A stretch of 59,079 bases of DNA, the filler included, from Sphacelaria rigidula (taxonomy: Eukaryota): assembly GCA_964200075.2 (NCBI GenBank). It is 7 parts of 7 records of this genome, joined end to end, with 100 filler letters (N's around TTAATTAATTAA, not from the genome) between each part and the next. Parts side by side here need not be neighbours in the genome. Positions count along the whole stretch, not along the records: positions 8,456 to 16,809 come from CAXNAA020011415.1; positions 16,910 to 25,263 come from CAXNAA020011416.1; positions 25,364 to 33,717 come from CAXNAA020011417.1; 4 more parts are not named here. The stretch is one strand, 5' to 3'. The position numbers and the translations under genes are program-made. The notes beneath the pieces were generated by a model that was given only the letters and a program-made list of their open reading frames with translations, was not told the DNA's origin and did no database searches. Shown here one piece after another: positions 12,470-25,446 of the stretch (position 1 is its first letter; each line of letters starts with the position of its first letter).

Positions 12470-12920
12470 GTACTCAAAATCTTGCATGCCGTAGTCATAC
12501 GATTATCCACCTCACGTCCCTACAAAGCCGGGACGGAGCACCCCGGGTTTTCGCAGACCAGGCTCGCGATCAACCACCAAGCGCGAAGCGCCATGATGTG
12601 TTCGGCGAGTCGTATGAAGGGCGACTTGCATCCTGCTAAGATTATTCGGTCCGAAGCGTATTGATGATCTACAGTTGCTTCATTTTCTGGTGTCTCCACT
12701 TCCGCAGACACAAACTGCTTACACACCATATCATGGGTGTCTCACCATTTAAACACTACATAGTATAATCATCCCCTTTGCGCGGAATTGAGGTCCTCCC
12801 ACCCCGCACAATATGGTCTAGCTCGACCACCATCACGGTTACCGCAAAAAAACGTGGGTGCGCACAAACAAATGGTAACGTGGTTGCCTAGCTTACGCAG
12901 CGAGTGGCGTATTATTACAG
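12470..12920 (+). mobile_element. Repeat family A (SINE-like body), long copy preceded by a G-rich tract
   Basis: Multi-copy within the window; begins with the core tactcaaaatcttgcatgccgtagtc...gacggagcac. Confidence 0.8.
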
Positions 12921-15900
12921 CGTCATTGCCAACCGACGACAACCCCATGGTGGGTTGGTACCTACAAGGTCAGGACGGAGCACGCCGTGGGGGGAGGGGG
13001 GGTTATGAACGTCAACATGTAAGGATGTACGTAGGACGCGTTATTCTGCGATATCACGAAAACACAACATGCATGAACACGACACTAGACATGCAGCATA
13101 CTGAAGTGTATGAAGACGGTACAGTCAAACCTGCCTGTCAGGAGCAACCATGGTTCCGGTGGTCAGTTCGTGTATGAGCTTGAACGCTCCTTGTGGGCGG
13201 TGAGTGTGAGCGCTGTGTTCGAGAAATTGCAGCGGTCTTTAGTCTTCAGCTGAATGACGAAAACAACAGAAAGAGTCGATCACGTGTGCCCGACAGAAAC
13301 CTTCTCAAATCCCACTTTCCTGGATTCCAGCCCCACCCATCACATTGCTCCAGTTGAAACTAGTTGAGATGATTGTGGGAAAAGGAACTTCTCCATCGAG
13401 AGAGAAACAGCGTTGACTAACGTAATGGAATGCGTCGGCTTGAAAAAAGGGGAGCTGCTTGCGTTGCGGCTGGGGAGACCCGGACATCTGCCCTTCTTCG
13501 GGCACAAAAAAAGTCACTGAACAACAACTCAGCACTGATTCGTGAGTCAGTGATGTGCCCGCGACACCTGACGCGTGGAACACAACAGTTGCAGGGACGC
13601 GTTGAACACAACTTCAGTAGGTGCTGCGCATGATGAATAAATTGGATCGCTAGTTGCGATTGACTTCACGACTGTACCTGGTTTTGTGAACCGAGCCAAG
13701 ACCGGCTGTAGGCGCACAATAGGGCCTGCCAAGATGTTGGCGATGGTGACGTCGAACGCTCCCAACGCCGATGTCTGAATCGCCTTCCCATCTGCCACTG
13801 GCAGCGCGTTCGTTTTTCCTGTCGACGACCATAAGACGACACCATTGGTAGTGCAAAAATTGGGATGAAAGGGTAATAATCTGCGCTGTACATCGAAAGG
13901 TTGCGAAAAAAAAAAGTAAGGCTGTACGCTAAAACGTGGATGTACCAACGACTAACTCGTGGGTCATCACTGCAAGCCCTCTTCTAAAACTCGAAGTAAG
14001 CTTAGGTATTTCTGCGAGGAAAACAACAAAAGACGCGAATGGACAGGAAGAGCTTGTTCATGGATTCTGCGATCCTAAAACAAGCGGAAAGGGAAAAGGC
14101 AAATACATTCGACTCGTTGTCAAGCCTGAATCCAACGGCGCGGCATTGTCTAGCCTCCAAGTGGTTCTTGCTGACAATGCAAGACGAGAGTAATGCCTAC
14201 CACCCTTGTAAGAACTGGATGCCTTGCTTCTCACGATCGCTGTGTGACTCGTTCAACAAGTAAAGATTTGTGGACTTTCGGAGAGCTTCTTCGTCCTGCG
14301 TCCGCGTACACCTGCTTCGAGAGGCCGTCTCTTCCGATTCAGGTCCCCGCGGAGCAGTTTCGAGCCGACAGCGCACATGGCTCTAGAAGTGGTGTCAAAC
14401 GTACTTGCTCAAATTGTGCCCTCTCCACCCCAAAACCAGCCGTTGTCGTTCCCAGCGTCTCGGGGTTTAAAACATGTTGGGTACGAGTCGACGTGTACTA
14501 TGTGCCATCCGTAGCGAGAAAATGTTCATCAAAGTTTCCGTTCTAAAGTGCACGTAATGGCTGTCCAAGCTTGCCGACGCAGGTTCTTTCACCCGGGGGG
14601 GCGGCGGGGGCGGGGTCGCAGGGGGAAAACAAGATCATGCTGATGTAAATTCACGAAATGAAATGCATGCCGAACAACTCCGCGCCGTACCTCTCGACTC
14701 CTCCCAGCCGTGCCGTGTGTACTGTACTAAAAAAGACGGAAAGTACGTAGAGACCCAGGAAGATGAGCGATGTGCGACTGGATCAGTTAATGTGCGACAT
14801 TTCTGAGCACCGAAGCCCGAATGGGTAGGGAAACTCGTATGTAGAGTCGTGCCGGGGTATCGGAAGGAAGGATTACTCGGACAGACTCCGAGACTACCTG
14901 GGCACGGGGGAGAGTATGTTATGCCTTGGTCCCCACTCGTACACCGAACCAGCTGTCATGACGGGTACGCTTGAGGGCAGACGATGGGGAGGCGGGGAAG
15001 TGGAGCGCAACCGCCTCGGTGGTCAAGCGCGCTGTACGAAAGTATAGATAGCGGAGTACACGACTAGGGTCCTGCCGGTTTCCGCGTATACAACTACATT
15101 TCAATGTGCGACACTCAATAGACCAGTCAATTTCGTGCGAGGAGCGCAAAATGTGCGGAAGTGCAAGAGCAGCGGCCAACTATATGCACCTCTACTTCCG
15201 CAGCGTGCGCGGCTGTGTTGCAGGGCGTGCCATCCGGGTGGGGATGGTGTGCGGCAGTAGAGGGGAACAGGACGGTACGAGGAGAGACAATGACTGCGTG
15301 AAAATGTTGTCTTCTTCACCACCAGAAGGGACCAACTCAAGAGATTCAGTTGCGGCGACCACCGCTGCAGTCGTAGCATTGGCTCTCCTCGTCTCATGAA
15401 GCATCGTTTACATTAAACTCTGAAGAAGGCGATATAAACGGCAGGGTGTTGTTATCTGAAATATGTGGAAGTCGTGAGACTCCCGGTGACGGTGGAAACC
15501 GTCGAAGGTGGCCGATGATTTCCCTCGGGTTATGTAGTCAAGGATTGATCGTAAGTGGTGGGGTTGAGGCAAAGTGGATCACTCGGGAAAGCTCGACGAG
15601 CGCGAGCGAGTTAGCCCGATGACGAAGTCTGAGAGTCTTGGTCAAGAGTGATGCCCCAGGGATAGCCAGCAGGTAGCTGGGAAAATCCCTGTTACCTTGG
15701 GGTCCCAGATTCGGCTGTACAGATATGGCAGTTTCGGGGCTCCTGCGAACTTACCCCTGTAACAGCCGTTCACTAGGTTACACGTCATGAAAGGAAATCT
15801 CTCCGCACATGACCAAATGGCGATCTCCACATCACCCCCCCCCTTTGATGCGCATGATCATGAGTACACCCTTTGATGCGCCGCGAGGCCATCTGTGAAG

Positions 15901-16434
15901 GCTCGTGGCGGGCATTTGGGAGAATGATAATTTCTGGGAGTCTAATTTGTATGTGCTTCCGAGATACTTTTATAGTAGCCTGGAGTTGAACGCGGCATAT
16001 CCTCTAAACTGGATGTTGAGAAACACTAACCAATAAATTTCATCGACGTTCTCCTTCAGGCTCGTGTAGAGAAAAAAAATGGAAAATAATTTGTTTTCCT
16101 TAAAATTTCGCGCAAGGTTCGCTCAGTGATCAGCTGAACGATCTACACAGATTACCGTATCCGACGGTCTGTACCAATAAGGTCCGTTCATGACTTGCAG
16201 AGGAGTGGAGCTATGGTGGCCGCGTCATATATTAGGTAACCAGAGAGAGGTTGATATTGGGTACAGCGGTGGTAAAATGTGCTTTTCTTTTCTCGGAGCA
16301 TTTTGCTCGGAGTAGAAAGAGCCTTTTACGACAATCCTTGTCAGCAAGTTCCCCTTATGCTGATATGAGCTTGATTCAAAGACCAAGTCTCTCTTCACCG
16401 TCGATCTGTTTTCGATCGTGAGATCTGTCCCGAT

Positions 16435-16800
16435 ATTATTGTTAGTCATGTAGGTATGACACGATTATTTTTCCAGTTCGCCTTATTATTTCGTTTCTTT
16501 TCTCCGGATTTACGACACGGTGAGTCAAGTTAGCGCGTATTATTTATCTTGAACTGATTTGATACACGTTCATGTCTGAATATTATTTTAGTCGTGTAGG
16601 CCTGAGACGAAAAATTACTGCATCTCGCCTTATTTTATTTCATTTTTTCGCGAATTTTGGGGACGGCCAGTCATGTTAGCGCGCGTATTATTAACTTGAT
16701 TTGATTTTATACGCTTTTTTTTTTTTTTCAGACATTTGTTGGTCGTGTAAGTACGACACGATTTTTTTCAGCTCGCCTTATATTTTTCTCTCCCCTTCTT
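16435..16800 (+). repeat. Degenerate tandem repeat, ~150-bp unit x ~2.5
   Basis: Recurring ttagtc(a/g)tgtagg...cgccttatt...gtca(a/t)gttagcgcg. Confidence 0.7.
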
Positions 16801-16809
16801 CTTTTCTCT

Positions 16810-16909
16810 NNNNNNNNNNNNNNNNNNNNNNNNNNNNNNNNNNNNNNNNNNNNTTAATTAATTAANNNNNNNNNNNNNNNNNNNNNNNNNNNNNNNNNNN
16901 NNNNNNNNN
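16810..16909. other. Artificial contig linker
   Basis: N44-TTAATTAATTAA-N44. Confidence 0.97.
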
Positions 16910-17049
16910 GGGTAGGATATCGACGTGTACCTGTAAGCACACGCAAGTGATGGAGGTAAAGAAAAGCACACGTGGAATAAAAAAATGACTCACTCAAAGC
17001 GAATGATCAAGGCCACTCTCAATCGTATCATCTACTACTACTCTCAATC

Positions 17050-17442
17050 TCACGAAAACACTGTTTTTTTAGGCAATCAGGCCGAAGAAATCGTGAATTT
17101 GGTGATTTTGAGTCGTGATGATTTGTCCTAACCGTGCAATATATATGTAGAGTTGAACCCTGAAATTTGGTATGGACAATGCACAGAGCATAATAAAAAA
17201 TCGGGAAGAAGGACATGAAGTTTTTTTTCTTCGTGAGTTAATTAAGGGCAATAATCAATTTTCAGTTTTTAGCAAAACGCCCTGATGATCTCAAGAGAAA
17301 AAAAAAACTTCATGTATGTGCTCCTTCCCGATTTTTTATTATGCATTATCCATACCAAATTTCAGGGTATAACAACTCCAAATATTGGCCGGCGCATCCG
17401 CCTGCAAACTTTCATGCAGCCTTTAGGCTGGCCCAGCCTGTA
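17050..17442. mobile_element. Non-autonomous repeat with internal ~85-bp inverted repeat and terminal aggctggcccagcct hairpin
   Basis: IR at ~17150-17240 / 17292-17377; 17068-17136 matches 2868-2935 in reverse; terminal motif also at 120-139 and 845-863. Confidence 0.6.
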
Positions 17443-18099
17443 CCTCACCTTCCTTCTGCGGTGCTTGCTTATATTTTTTATCGCGAGAGAGGTTTATTTA
17501 GCAGTCCCTTTCCCTCGTCGAGCGTTAAGTCGAATTTGATAGCTGCAGTGAAAAAAGGATACTACTGTACTGTACAGTCTTGACCTGTGGTGTTACCACC
17601 TCTACTCCAAAGGTTACGATAATATATATTGCCATAACCTTTGCTTTACTCTCGGATTGTCCTTTCGTAGACAGTGATTTTCTCAACTTCGCGATTATTA
17701 AAGTAATATTGTCTCAGATCTGTGGACCGCGAAAGGGATGAGAGGGAACAAATGCAGCTGTATCTTGCCATCCAGACCTGCCCGGGCTACACTTTTATTT
17801 TCACAATTAGCACCTTCGCTGTACGTTCTCATCTGTGACGATTCTCACTATGTTGTGATGGAAACGAATGGCCCCATCTTTCTAAGCCCTGTGTATTACC
17901 TAATACAAAAAGTTGAGCCTGGAGTCCCCTACTACAATAGCACAGCTAACTTCGCTGTTGTTGCTGTACGGAGACCTGTCTGTAGTGTTGCGGACAGATT
18001 ACGAGTAAAAAGCAGGTGAATGAGTACGCTTTTTAAAATGTCATTATCCACAAAGATTCTTTGTCGGCGACGCAACGCAGTCTTCCACCGGGGAAAAGG

Positions 18100-21000
18100 A
18101 TGGCGGTGTGTGCCAGGCATGAACTCGAAGCCCAGCGTCACGCGTGCGTTATTCATCTTATATATCATGGTTTATGCTCGGTTCTGCTTGCTGGGCTTCT
18201 TTTCCTCAGCTGGGTTTGCCCGTTGGCGGAATCATCGAAGGATGCTCAGCGGGACGGTAAGACACGATCGATACACGCGGACCCAAACTGTCCAGTCTGT
18301 GGGTGCACTTCTCTTGCATCGGCGCACACATCGGGCATTATCCGCTCGTGGTATGCCACAATTGCAATAGTGGATGGGGAACTATATCATCATGCCTTAC
18401 ATGCCCTAGGAAGCGAAATTGCGGGATAATGTTTCGGCTATTCTTCGCACGTGTGTCTCGAAGAAATGTACAACCACTTTGTTCAGGGGTTATGAAACTC
18501 CCAGCAGTAAACAGCAATTGCATGAAAACATGACGTCAACGGCACAGTCTATCAGATGGGTGAGCTCGCTGCCGCTCGTTACTCTCACAAAACAATTTTA
18601 CCGTGCGCGCACGGGCGTGGTGCAGGTCTCATGTGGAGTGCCCGCCCTTTAACTGACTGCTGGTTGAACGAGTCTGGAGTATGGGTTGATGTCCCTGACA
18701 CTCGTGTTGAGATCCAATTAGGCAACGAGGTTACATCCCTGATATCCTACTCCATGGTCGTTGTGGCTGCCAAGCCCCCAACTCCCGGGTCTTCATTCCT
18801 CGGGGACTATCTTCACAGTGGCAACAGAGATTTTTTACAGGTGCCTTTTCTCTACATGCGTAGCAGCGTACATATCTCAGAAGCAATATTATCGTTGCAA
18901 TACTGTGCTCGCTACCGGGAGTCGGCATAAACATGGCTGCGATGCTTCTTCTTGGAGAATCTACAGTCTGAGCGAACTGTCCAAAACAAACTTGCGACGT
19001 GGATTTTTTCAACGCACGGTGTGACGATGAGGCGTGCAACAGCTGGTAGTTGAGGTTCCGGCAAACTTTGCAACGAGGCAGATATTCGTACTCACATCTG
19101 ATGTGTGTTCAAATAGAACGAAAACACACGTAATTTAAAGTTTGCTGGTGATGAATTGTGACATGAGAAGGGTGTATGATGACACCCCTTGGGCCGCGTG
19201 GTGTAGCGGATATATGGAAGCATGATCGTGACACGCTTGATATCGCGTACCCTTCGCGCGGTACATGTTCACGAGTCACACATGGAGCGAATCAAGCACC
19301 CTGTCGGACCAGCGAAATGCACATGCAGGTTGATGCGCACTTCTGGGTGCCATTACTTCTGTTGATTTGATACTTTTTCCAGGCGCGACTAGTGGTGAAC
19401 GGAGTGCCGTTGAGGCAATCCTCTGCCTACGCGTCCCCAGCTGGGCCCTATGAGTCGTTCGCAGATACCGTTGGGGGTCACCTTGTCACGGAATTTGGTC
19501 CAGGAAACCATTCGGTGCGGCTACAATGGAAGAAGTCCGTTGGAGGGCTCGTCACCAGTTGGAGCAACCGGCCAAGCGCCCACGATGGATTTGCTGAAGG
19601 AAGATCCATAGTGGTTACAGCTCAAGTGAGCTCAGTGCACGTGTCGTAGGGCTCGAACGTCAACTTGGTTAGAAACGTCAAGGTGGTTAGACATATGGTC
19701 ATCTGATGCTGGAGTCGGGCGTGGTACTTGCCTTTGCTACCCTTATCCGCACCAGTGATACGTTATGCTTGGAGAACCGTTGCCAACTGAGCGCAAAAGA
19801 TTTGAAACGAGATATAGGCAGAGCGATAGCATGCTCCATTTGTATGTACTGGCCGTGCTGTACTAGATTTCTACTGAAGCACATGAGACGCCATCCAAAT
19901 CCTCTTAACAACACACTACTGCGAACAAAGCCGACGAACGCCATAGCTCTTTCACGGGGAAACATCATCACGGGATATCGTGCGGGACGCGAACTCCCGC
20001 CCCATCCCGTCTCGTCTCATCGGTGGTTCAGAGACGAGAAAACATTTCCTTCAGGTCCCGTCGGTTGTGTAGTGATGAGAAATGATTCCGTCCCCGTCCC
20101 ATCCTCACGGATAACTCCGGAAAATATTGTGGGACTTTGACGAGACTTTCCGTCATATCTTACGTGACTTCCCGTCAACCGAACGGGAATTTCCGTTCAA
20201 GCTGATGGAAACTTGAGTGCATCTGTCCATCTTGTCTTATTCCGCATGGTCGTGTGTGGGAATATGTTCTTGGTTCTCGTTTCCCGCCAATCCCATAGCC
20301 GTTGTCACATTCTACATGAATGGATGGACGGTTATGACTACCTTGAACCGGTGCACATGAGGCATTCCAAAGTTTGGACGAACCGAGAGGCGCAGGAAAT
20401 GTTTGCGACTTGATAATCGATCTCGACCACGGATTACCAGTCGAGTGGCGATGAATTCCAGCCAAGTGGCCGTGGTACAGAGGATGTAGCGGGGGAGATG
20501 AGTGCCACCAGTAGTTCCCATGCGTGCTTGCCAAACAGCATCAGCAGCAATCCCAGTAGTGCACGATGTATTCGATTTAGATGTTGTCGCGTGTTGTACG
20601 TGCAAGCCGATAATTGTTTCTTCGTGGACTCGTCAAAGCATTGCACTATACACATTCCCGTGAACACGGCACCGGAATTCCTGTCCCGTCACTCCCCATT
20701 GTTTCTTCATGAACGCGTTCGAGTGTTTCTATACTATAGTCATACCGCATTATGCCGGGGGGGGGTTGCGCCCATGCTCCTGTGACGTATGACAGGGATT
20801 CACGTGACATTTTCCGTTGAAAATATAAAAAAATTCCCCATGTGGACGAAGCAGGACGGCTATTTCTTGCCACTACCGTCAATGTTTTGGCAATGGAAAA
20901 TCGGTTCCGTTCCGTCCCGTCCCGTCGTCATTTTGACGACGTAATTCCCGTCCCATCACAATGCCTCGTGATGAGCCGTGATGAATACAGCGCTACATGC

Positions 21001-22932
21001 TGAACCGGTTTTCATTTCGCACCAGTCAGAACATTCATTCTTAGCGTCAGACCGTCCCCAACGCCATGTAGAGCAGAAGTGGTTCAATCCTTTTGAGGCC
21101 TGAGCGCTTATTGGTCAACATCGGCAGCAGTTCTAGTGCGGTCCAGGTACCGGGCCTCTCGCTCAGGGTGATTCGTGTAAGCTTTCGTCGCAGGCCGATG
21201 ATCTTTGGCTATCGCAATCCCGTACCCCAGCGGTCGTGAGTCATGCGGATAGCCTTAACGATATCTCCCTTCGCGCTCCCATGTCTTGGTTGCGCAGCAC
21301 CGCTATTTATGGTACTCGACAGGAGACGTAGATGTGCGGATAAACGAGACCGGGGGGTGGGATGAGATCCCTGGGTTGGCGTTGAAGATTGTCCTTCCTG
21401 CACCAGCGAGTATTCGCGTATTGTATGCGATGTCGATTATGCCGGACCACGATTTTGGAGCTGCAGGTAGGGTGACAGAAATGTCTCGTCCCTTCTGTGT
21501 CGGTCTGCATCTGATTTTCGTAGCTTTTGTTCACAATGCTTGACCTTATCATTCGCTGCAAAGATATGTGGACTAACCATCGTGTGCGCTGAAGAATCAC
21601 GGGCATCGTAGTCCAAGGATTCGATACCTGCTGCATGTACAGGAACTAAAGATGGCGTTTATAATAGTAGCTTTGATTATATCCAGAGACGTTTCTCTAC
21701 TTTACGTGAGACTCATATTTCTTTCCCGGGCAGCAATCCAACCTGCCGAGGACATATCAGCACGGTTGGTGGTAGATGGTACGCCCTATCGCGAGTCCGT
21801 GGGATCTTTTGCTGTGCTCTCTAGGCACTGGAGCAGTGGGATGCTGGAAAGGGAAATCGTGCTGAATCTTCAGGTAATTTTGGCTACGGTTCAAGTTTGG
21901 CTTGGAGAAGTGGGATCGCAGGGGAATCCTCTGTCCTTTTTCGACAGAATCATCACTGGCTGTAGATATTACCAGGACTAGAACCATGGTGCATGGTACA
22001 TGTGTGCGTCACCTACTATGAACAGTGACGTAATCATCATGCCCCTCATCACGAGTCACAAGCGATACACCTTCTCGAGCCCTGCGCGGTACACGCAGCA
22101 ATCGGTCACTGCTTCCATGGGGTCTGACGTACGCTTGTGCACACCCCATAATATTGTCTTGGTATTTCTCGATTGGGCTTGCACTGATCCGTCACATTTT
22201 TCGTTGCACGATGCACTCCACATTTGTTCTCCAGACGGGTGAACATACCCTTGTAGTCGAATGGCGAAAGTGGGGCTCATACGTTAGGTCGTGGCGCAAC
22301 TCGCCGTCGTTCTTGGATGGCTTCGCCATGTCGCGCTCCGTTGTAGCCATGGGAGAGCGTTTTGACTTGGTGTCGCAGCACATCCTCACTCCAGTTGTTC
22401 TCAAGGACTCTGGAGAGGAGTGGCATACTGTGGCCGGCAAGCAACTCGGCTTCAATCTTCATGGATCGGCTACCGTACTGTTCACGTATGGGCTGCCCGT
22501 TACACAGGTGAGGGCTCGCGAATAGGGTTCCCATGTTCGCCATAGAGCAGTGATGATACTAACTGGTAGCATGGTTTTGATTAAGGTGTAGCACGGAAAA
22601 CCCAATACAAGAGCTCATGCCTGGACTACCTCACCCTTGGCCCGATATCATGGTAAGCATTGGTGCTATATATTACGAACAAGAGATAGAGCAACTATGG
22701 ATCGGTAGTTGACAAATAACCGGATCGCTTCTCTGTCAGCCCGCCATGGAATAATCAACCCTTCTTCCTGTTGCTCGGCACCCAGCTTGATAGCGATGTT
22801 AGTTGTTTCTTCGTTGTTTGCTCGCCCATCATGTCTATCTCTGCAGTATGGACACCCGTCATTTGACTCGTGGTCATGGGAACGCTGGAGCTCGATTCAA
22901 GCACGTCTAGTGGTAGACAGTGTGCCATACAG
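18100..22932 (+). CDS. Uncharacterised, probably secreted protein with three internal repeats; exons 18100-18256, 18626-18840, 19383-19625, 21298-21466, 21734-21873, 22235-22507, 22847-22932; 3' end missing
   Basis: All introns GT-AG with consistent phases; hydrophobic N-terminal stretch (LCSVLLAGLLFLSWVCPLAES); repeated motifs ARLVV(N/D)(G/S)xP(L/Y)R, GxHxxxx(Q/E)W(K/R)K, SWxNxPSxxDGFAxxRS(I/V)V. Confidence 0.8.
19960..20985. mobile_element. Degenerate TIR element in intron 3, with CCCGT-rich subterminal repeats
   Basis: tcatcacgggatatcgtgcgggacgcgaact vs reverse complement of aattcccgtcccatcacaatgcctcgtgatga; many ccgtcccgtc motifs near both ends. Confidence 0.5.
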
Positions 22933-22958
22933 GTACGCACCATATTCTTTTTTTTACA

Positions 22959-25263
22959 TGATAACTGGCTGACCAATTCATTTGCACTAACTGATCCGCC
23001 ACGTGTCCGCTCGTGGTCACAGGATGGTCGTAACCGAGGCGATACGCGAAAACTCTCACTACGACGGAGCTCACAAACAGAGCGTACAAGCCCAAGAATG
23101 AAAAGATCCAAAATTCAAAGCAAAACGAATCAAAACAAATGAAGACGTCGGACAGAGAACGGTCCAAAGAAAACGCCGACGGGCCTACGGAGGGTTCCAG
23201 ACCGCAAGTCGTACAACCCGCAAGACTGCGAGAGCACGTCACGACTCAGCTATCCGAAACAAGGAGCAGCATGCGCATTTTGGGAAGTAATTTCACAACG
23301 CTAGAGCTGAAATACAGAAACACAATACATGCAGCACACGAGGGGTAAAAACAAAAGATGAAACAACAAAAGGAGTTCTAGAATCACAAGAAGCAACAAT
23401 ACCGAGAGAACAGGACAGTCGCACCACGTTCTGTGCACCCACCACCTCAATCTACCCCTTGTCGGGATCAAAGCAAACCACTGTCTCGGTCATTTACATC
23501 TTACTTTCGTGATAGTTATAAGGAGAAAACTCGGCCTTCCGAGCAAAAACCCATTTCACACAAACTCCAACGCTTCTGCTCTAAGACCAACCGCCCCTTT
23601 TTGCAGACGCCCAGGTTAGGGCACCTGCACGTGACAACGTGAAACACCCTACAAAACCATGCCCCACAAAGGATCGTGAGCGGCTTCACCCGATATACGC
23701 ACAGATGCATTACGGAAATCATGACCTGAAACGTCTCGGGCTGACAAATCGAAAGACACACAAAAAGAGACGATGTCCCGCGTGTTCATCAAGGCAAGTC
23801 GATGCCTCTTGAACAGTGTGAATGGGAGCGATTTCGTAGGAACACCAGCGTGTTGCCACTCTGAATGTACATGTACGACCCTTGTGGCTCTTGTCCTGAC
23901 CAAGTCCCGAATAAAATGTCACCTCACGCCAATGTGTTTGCTACGAGCTGAGCTGAGAGGGTTGTCGGCCAGAGCCTTAGCCCCCTCGTTGTCCTCATGA
24001 AGACCAGTATCATACTCCATCTCTCGTCCCAGCATGACCCTTGGTCGTAAGAAGGAGAGAACCGACCGTAAAAACATGCACTCCTTTGCCTCTTCGGCCA
24101 CAGCCACGTACTCGGCGTCGGTGGTTGATAGGGTAACGCAGTGTTGCGTTCGGCTAGTACTCGACACTGCTACTCCCAGGTACATGAACGCTACCCCGGA
24201 AATTGATCGCCTGTCTGTCTCTTTCTTCGCGTAGTCAGCATCGCAATACACTGAAAGCACATTCTCTCCTGAACTGAACGTCAGACCGTAGTTTCTAGTC
24301 CTATTCAGGTAAACAAAGACATCCAACACTCCTCGCCAGTGTTTTCACATGAGTCATGGAGTTGTAGGGCCAGGTCCCGGGCTGCATGGGCTATATCAGG
24401 CCTGGTAACCCCAGCCAACCACATCAGTCCCCCTATTGCACTCCGGTATGGCCTATCCACTACCGTGTTTCCCTGACCGGTCCTAAGTCTGCTGATACTG
24501 AGGCAGGAATGTGAGAAAAACCCGTGACTTCGAATCGCTCCAACAGGGTGTCGATTGAGGTCGTCTGGTTTACGTACATGGTACCTCTGTTCCAATCCCT
24601 TTCTATGGCACACCCCATATACTACTGGACTTCACCTAGATGGTTTGTTGGAAATCTCTTGTTGAGGATATCACAGATTTTTTGTACTTTTTTTGTTTGA
24701 CCCCCGAACAAGATGTCGTCTACATGCACAACTAGTATGACACATACACTCCCCCTTTCCTCCTGCATGTATACGCAAGGGTCGACTTTACTTTACGACA
24801 TCCCTGCGTCCCCCGTTAGAGTTTTGTTGAGGAGGAGGGACCATTGCCTCCCAGCCTGCTTGATGCCATATATGGACTTTTGGAGTCTTCCTGTATTACC
24901 CGTCAGGGGGCCACACCCGCCTGGGAGCTTTATGAACACATCCGTGTCCATTTTTGCTCGTACGAAAGCCTGGGTAACGTCGAAATGATACAGTGGCCAT
25001 TCTTCCTATACCGCAACGGCCATGACCAGCTTTATTGATGTCATGGCTGGAGTGGCTGCAAACGACTCGGAGTAGTGCACAGCAAATAATTGGCCAAACC
25101 TACACGCAACAAGTCTTGCCTTCGCTTTGGTGATTGAACCGTTAGCATCGATTTTCCAACTGAGTCATCCTACGATAGGGGGGGGGGGGGGCATTTGGGT
25201 CATTCGCTGCCCGAAATTTCGAGACTGATTGTCGTTGCAAACAGCAAACGTTTTTCTTACAAG
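22959..25263 (-). mobile_element. Decayed Ty1/Copia LTR retrotransposon (RT, RNase H, PPT, probable 3' LTR ~22959-23589), cut by contig end
   Basis: Minus strand: KAKARLVA, HFDVTQAF, KSIYGIKQAGRQW, VVHVDD, PYRSAIGGLMW...TRPDIA, YCDADYA..DRRSISG, STTDAEY, EDNEGA, RSKHIGVR; stops and frameshifts; purine tract AAAAAGGGGCGG before TG at 23589. Confidence 0.92.
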
Positions 25264-25363
25264 NNNNNNNNNNNNNNNNNNNNNNNNNNNNNNNNNNNNN
25301 NNNNNNNTTAATTAATTAANNNNNNNNNNNNNNNNNNNNNNNNNNNNNNNNNNNNNNNNNNNN
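25264..25363. other. Artificial contig linker
   Basis: N44-TTAATTAATTAA-N44. Confidence 0.97.
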
Positions 25364-25413
25364 AGGGAAAGAAAATTTTTAATAAAAAAAAAATTCCCCC
25401 CCCGGTTTTTTTT

Positions 25414-25446
<33 letters not shown>

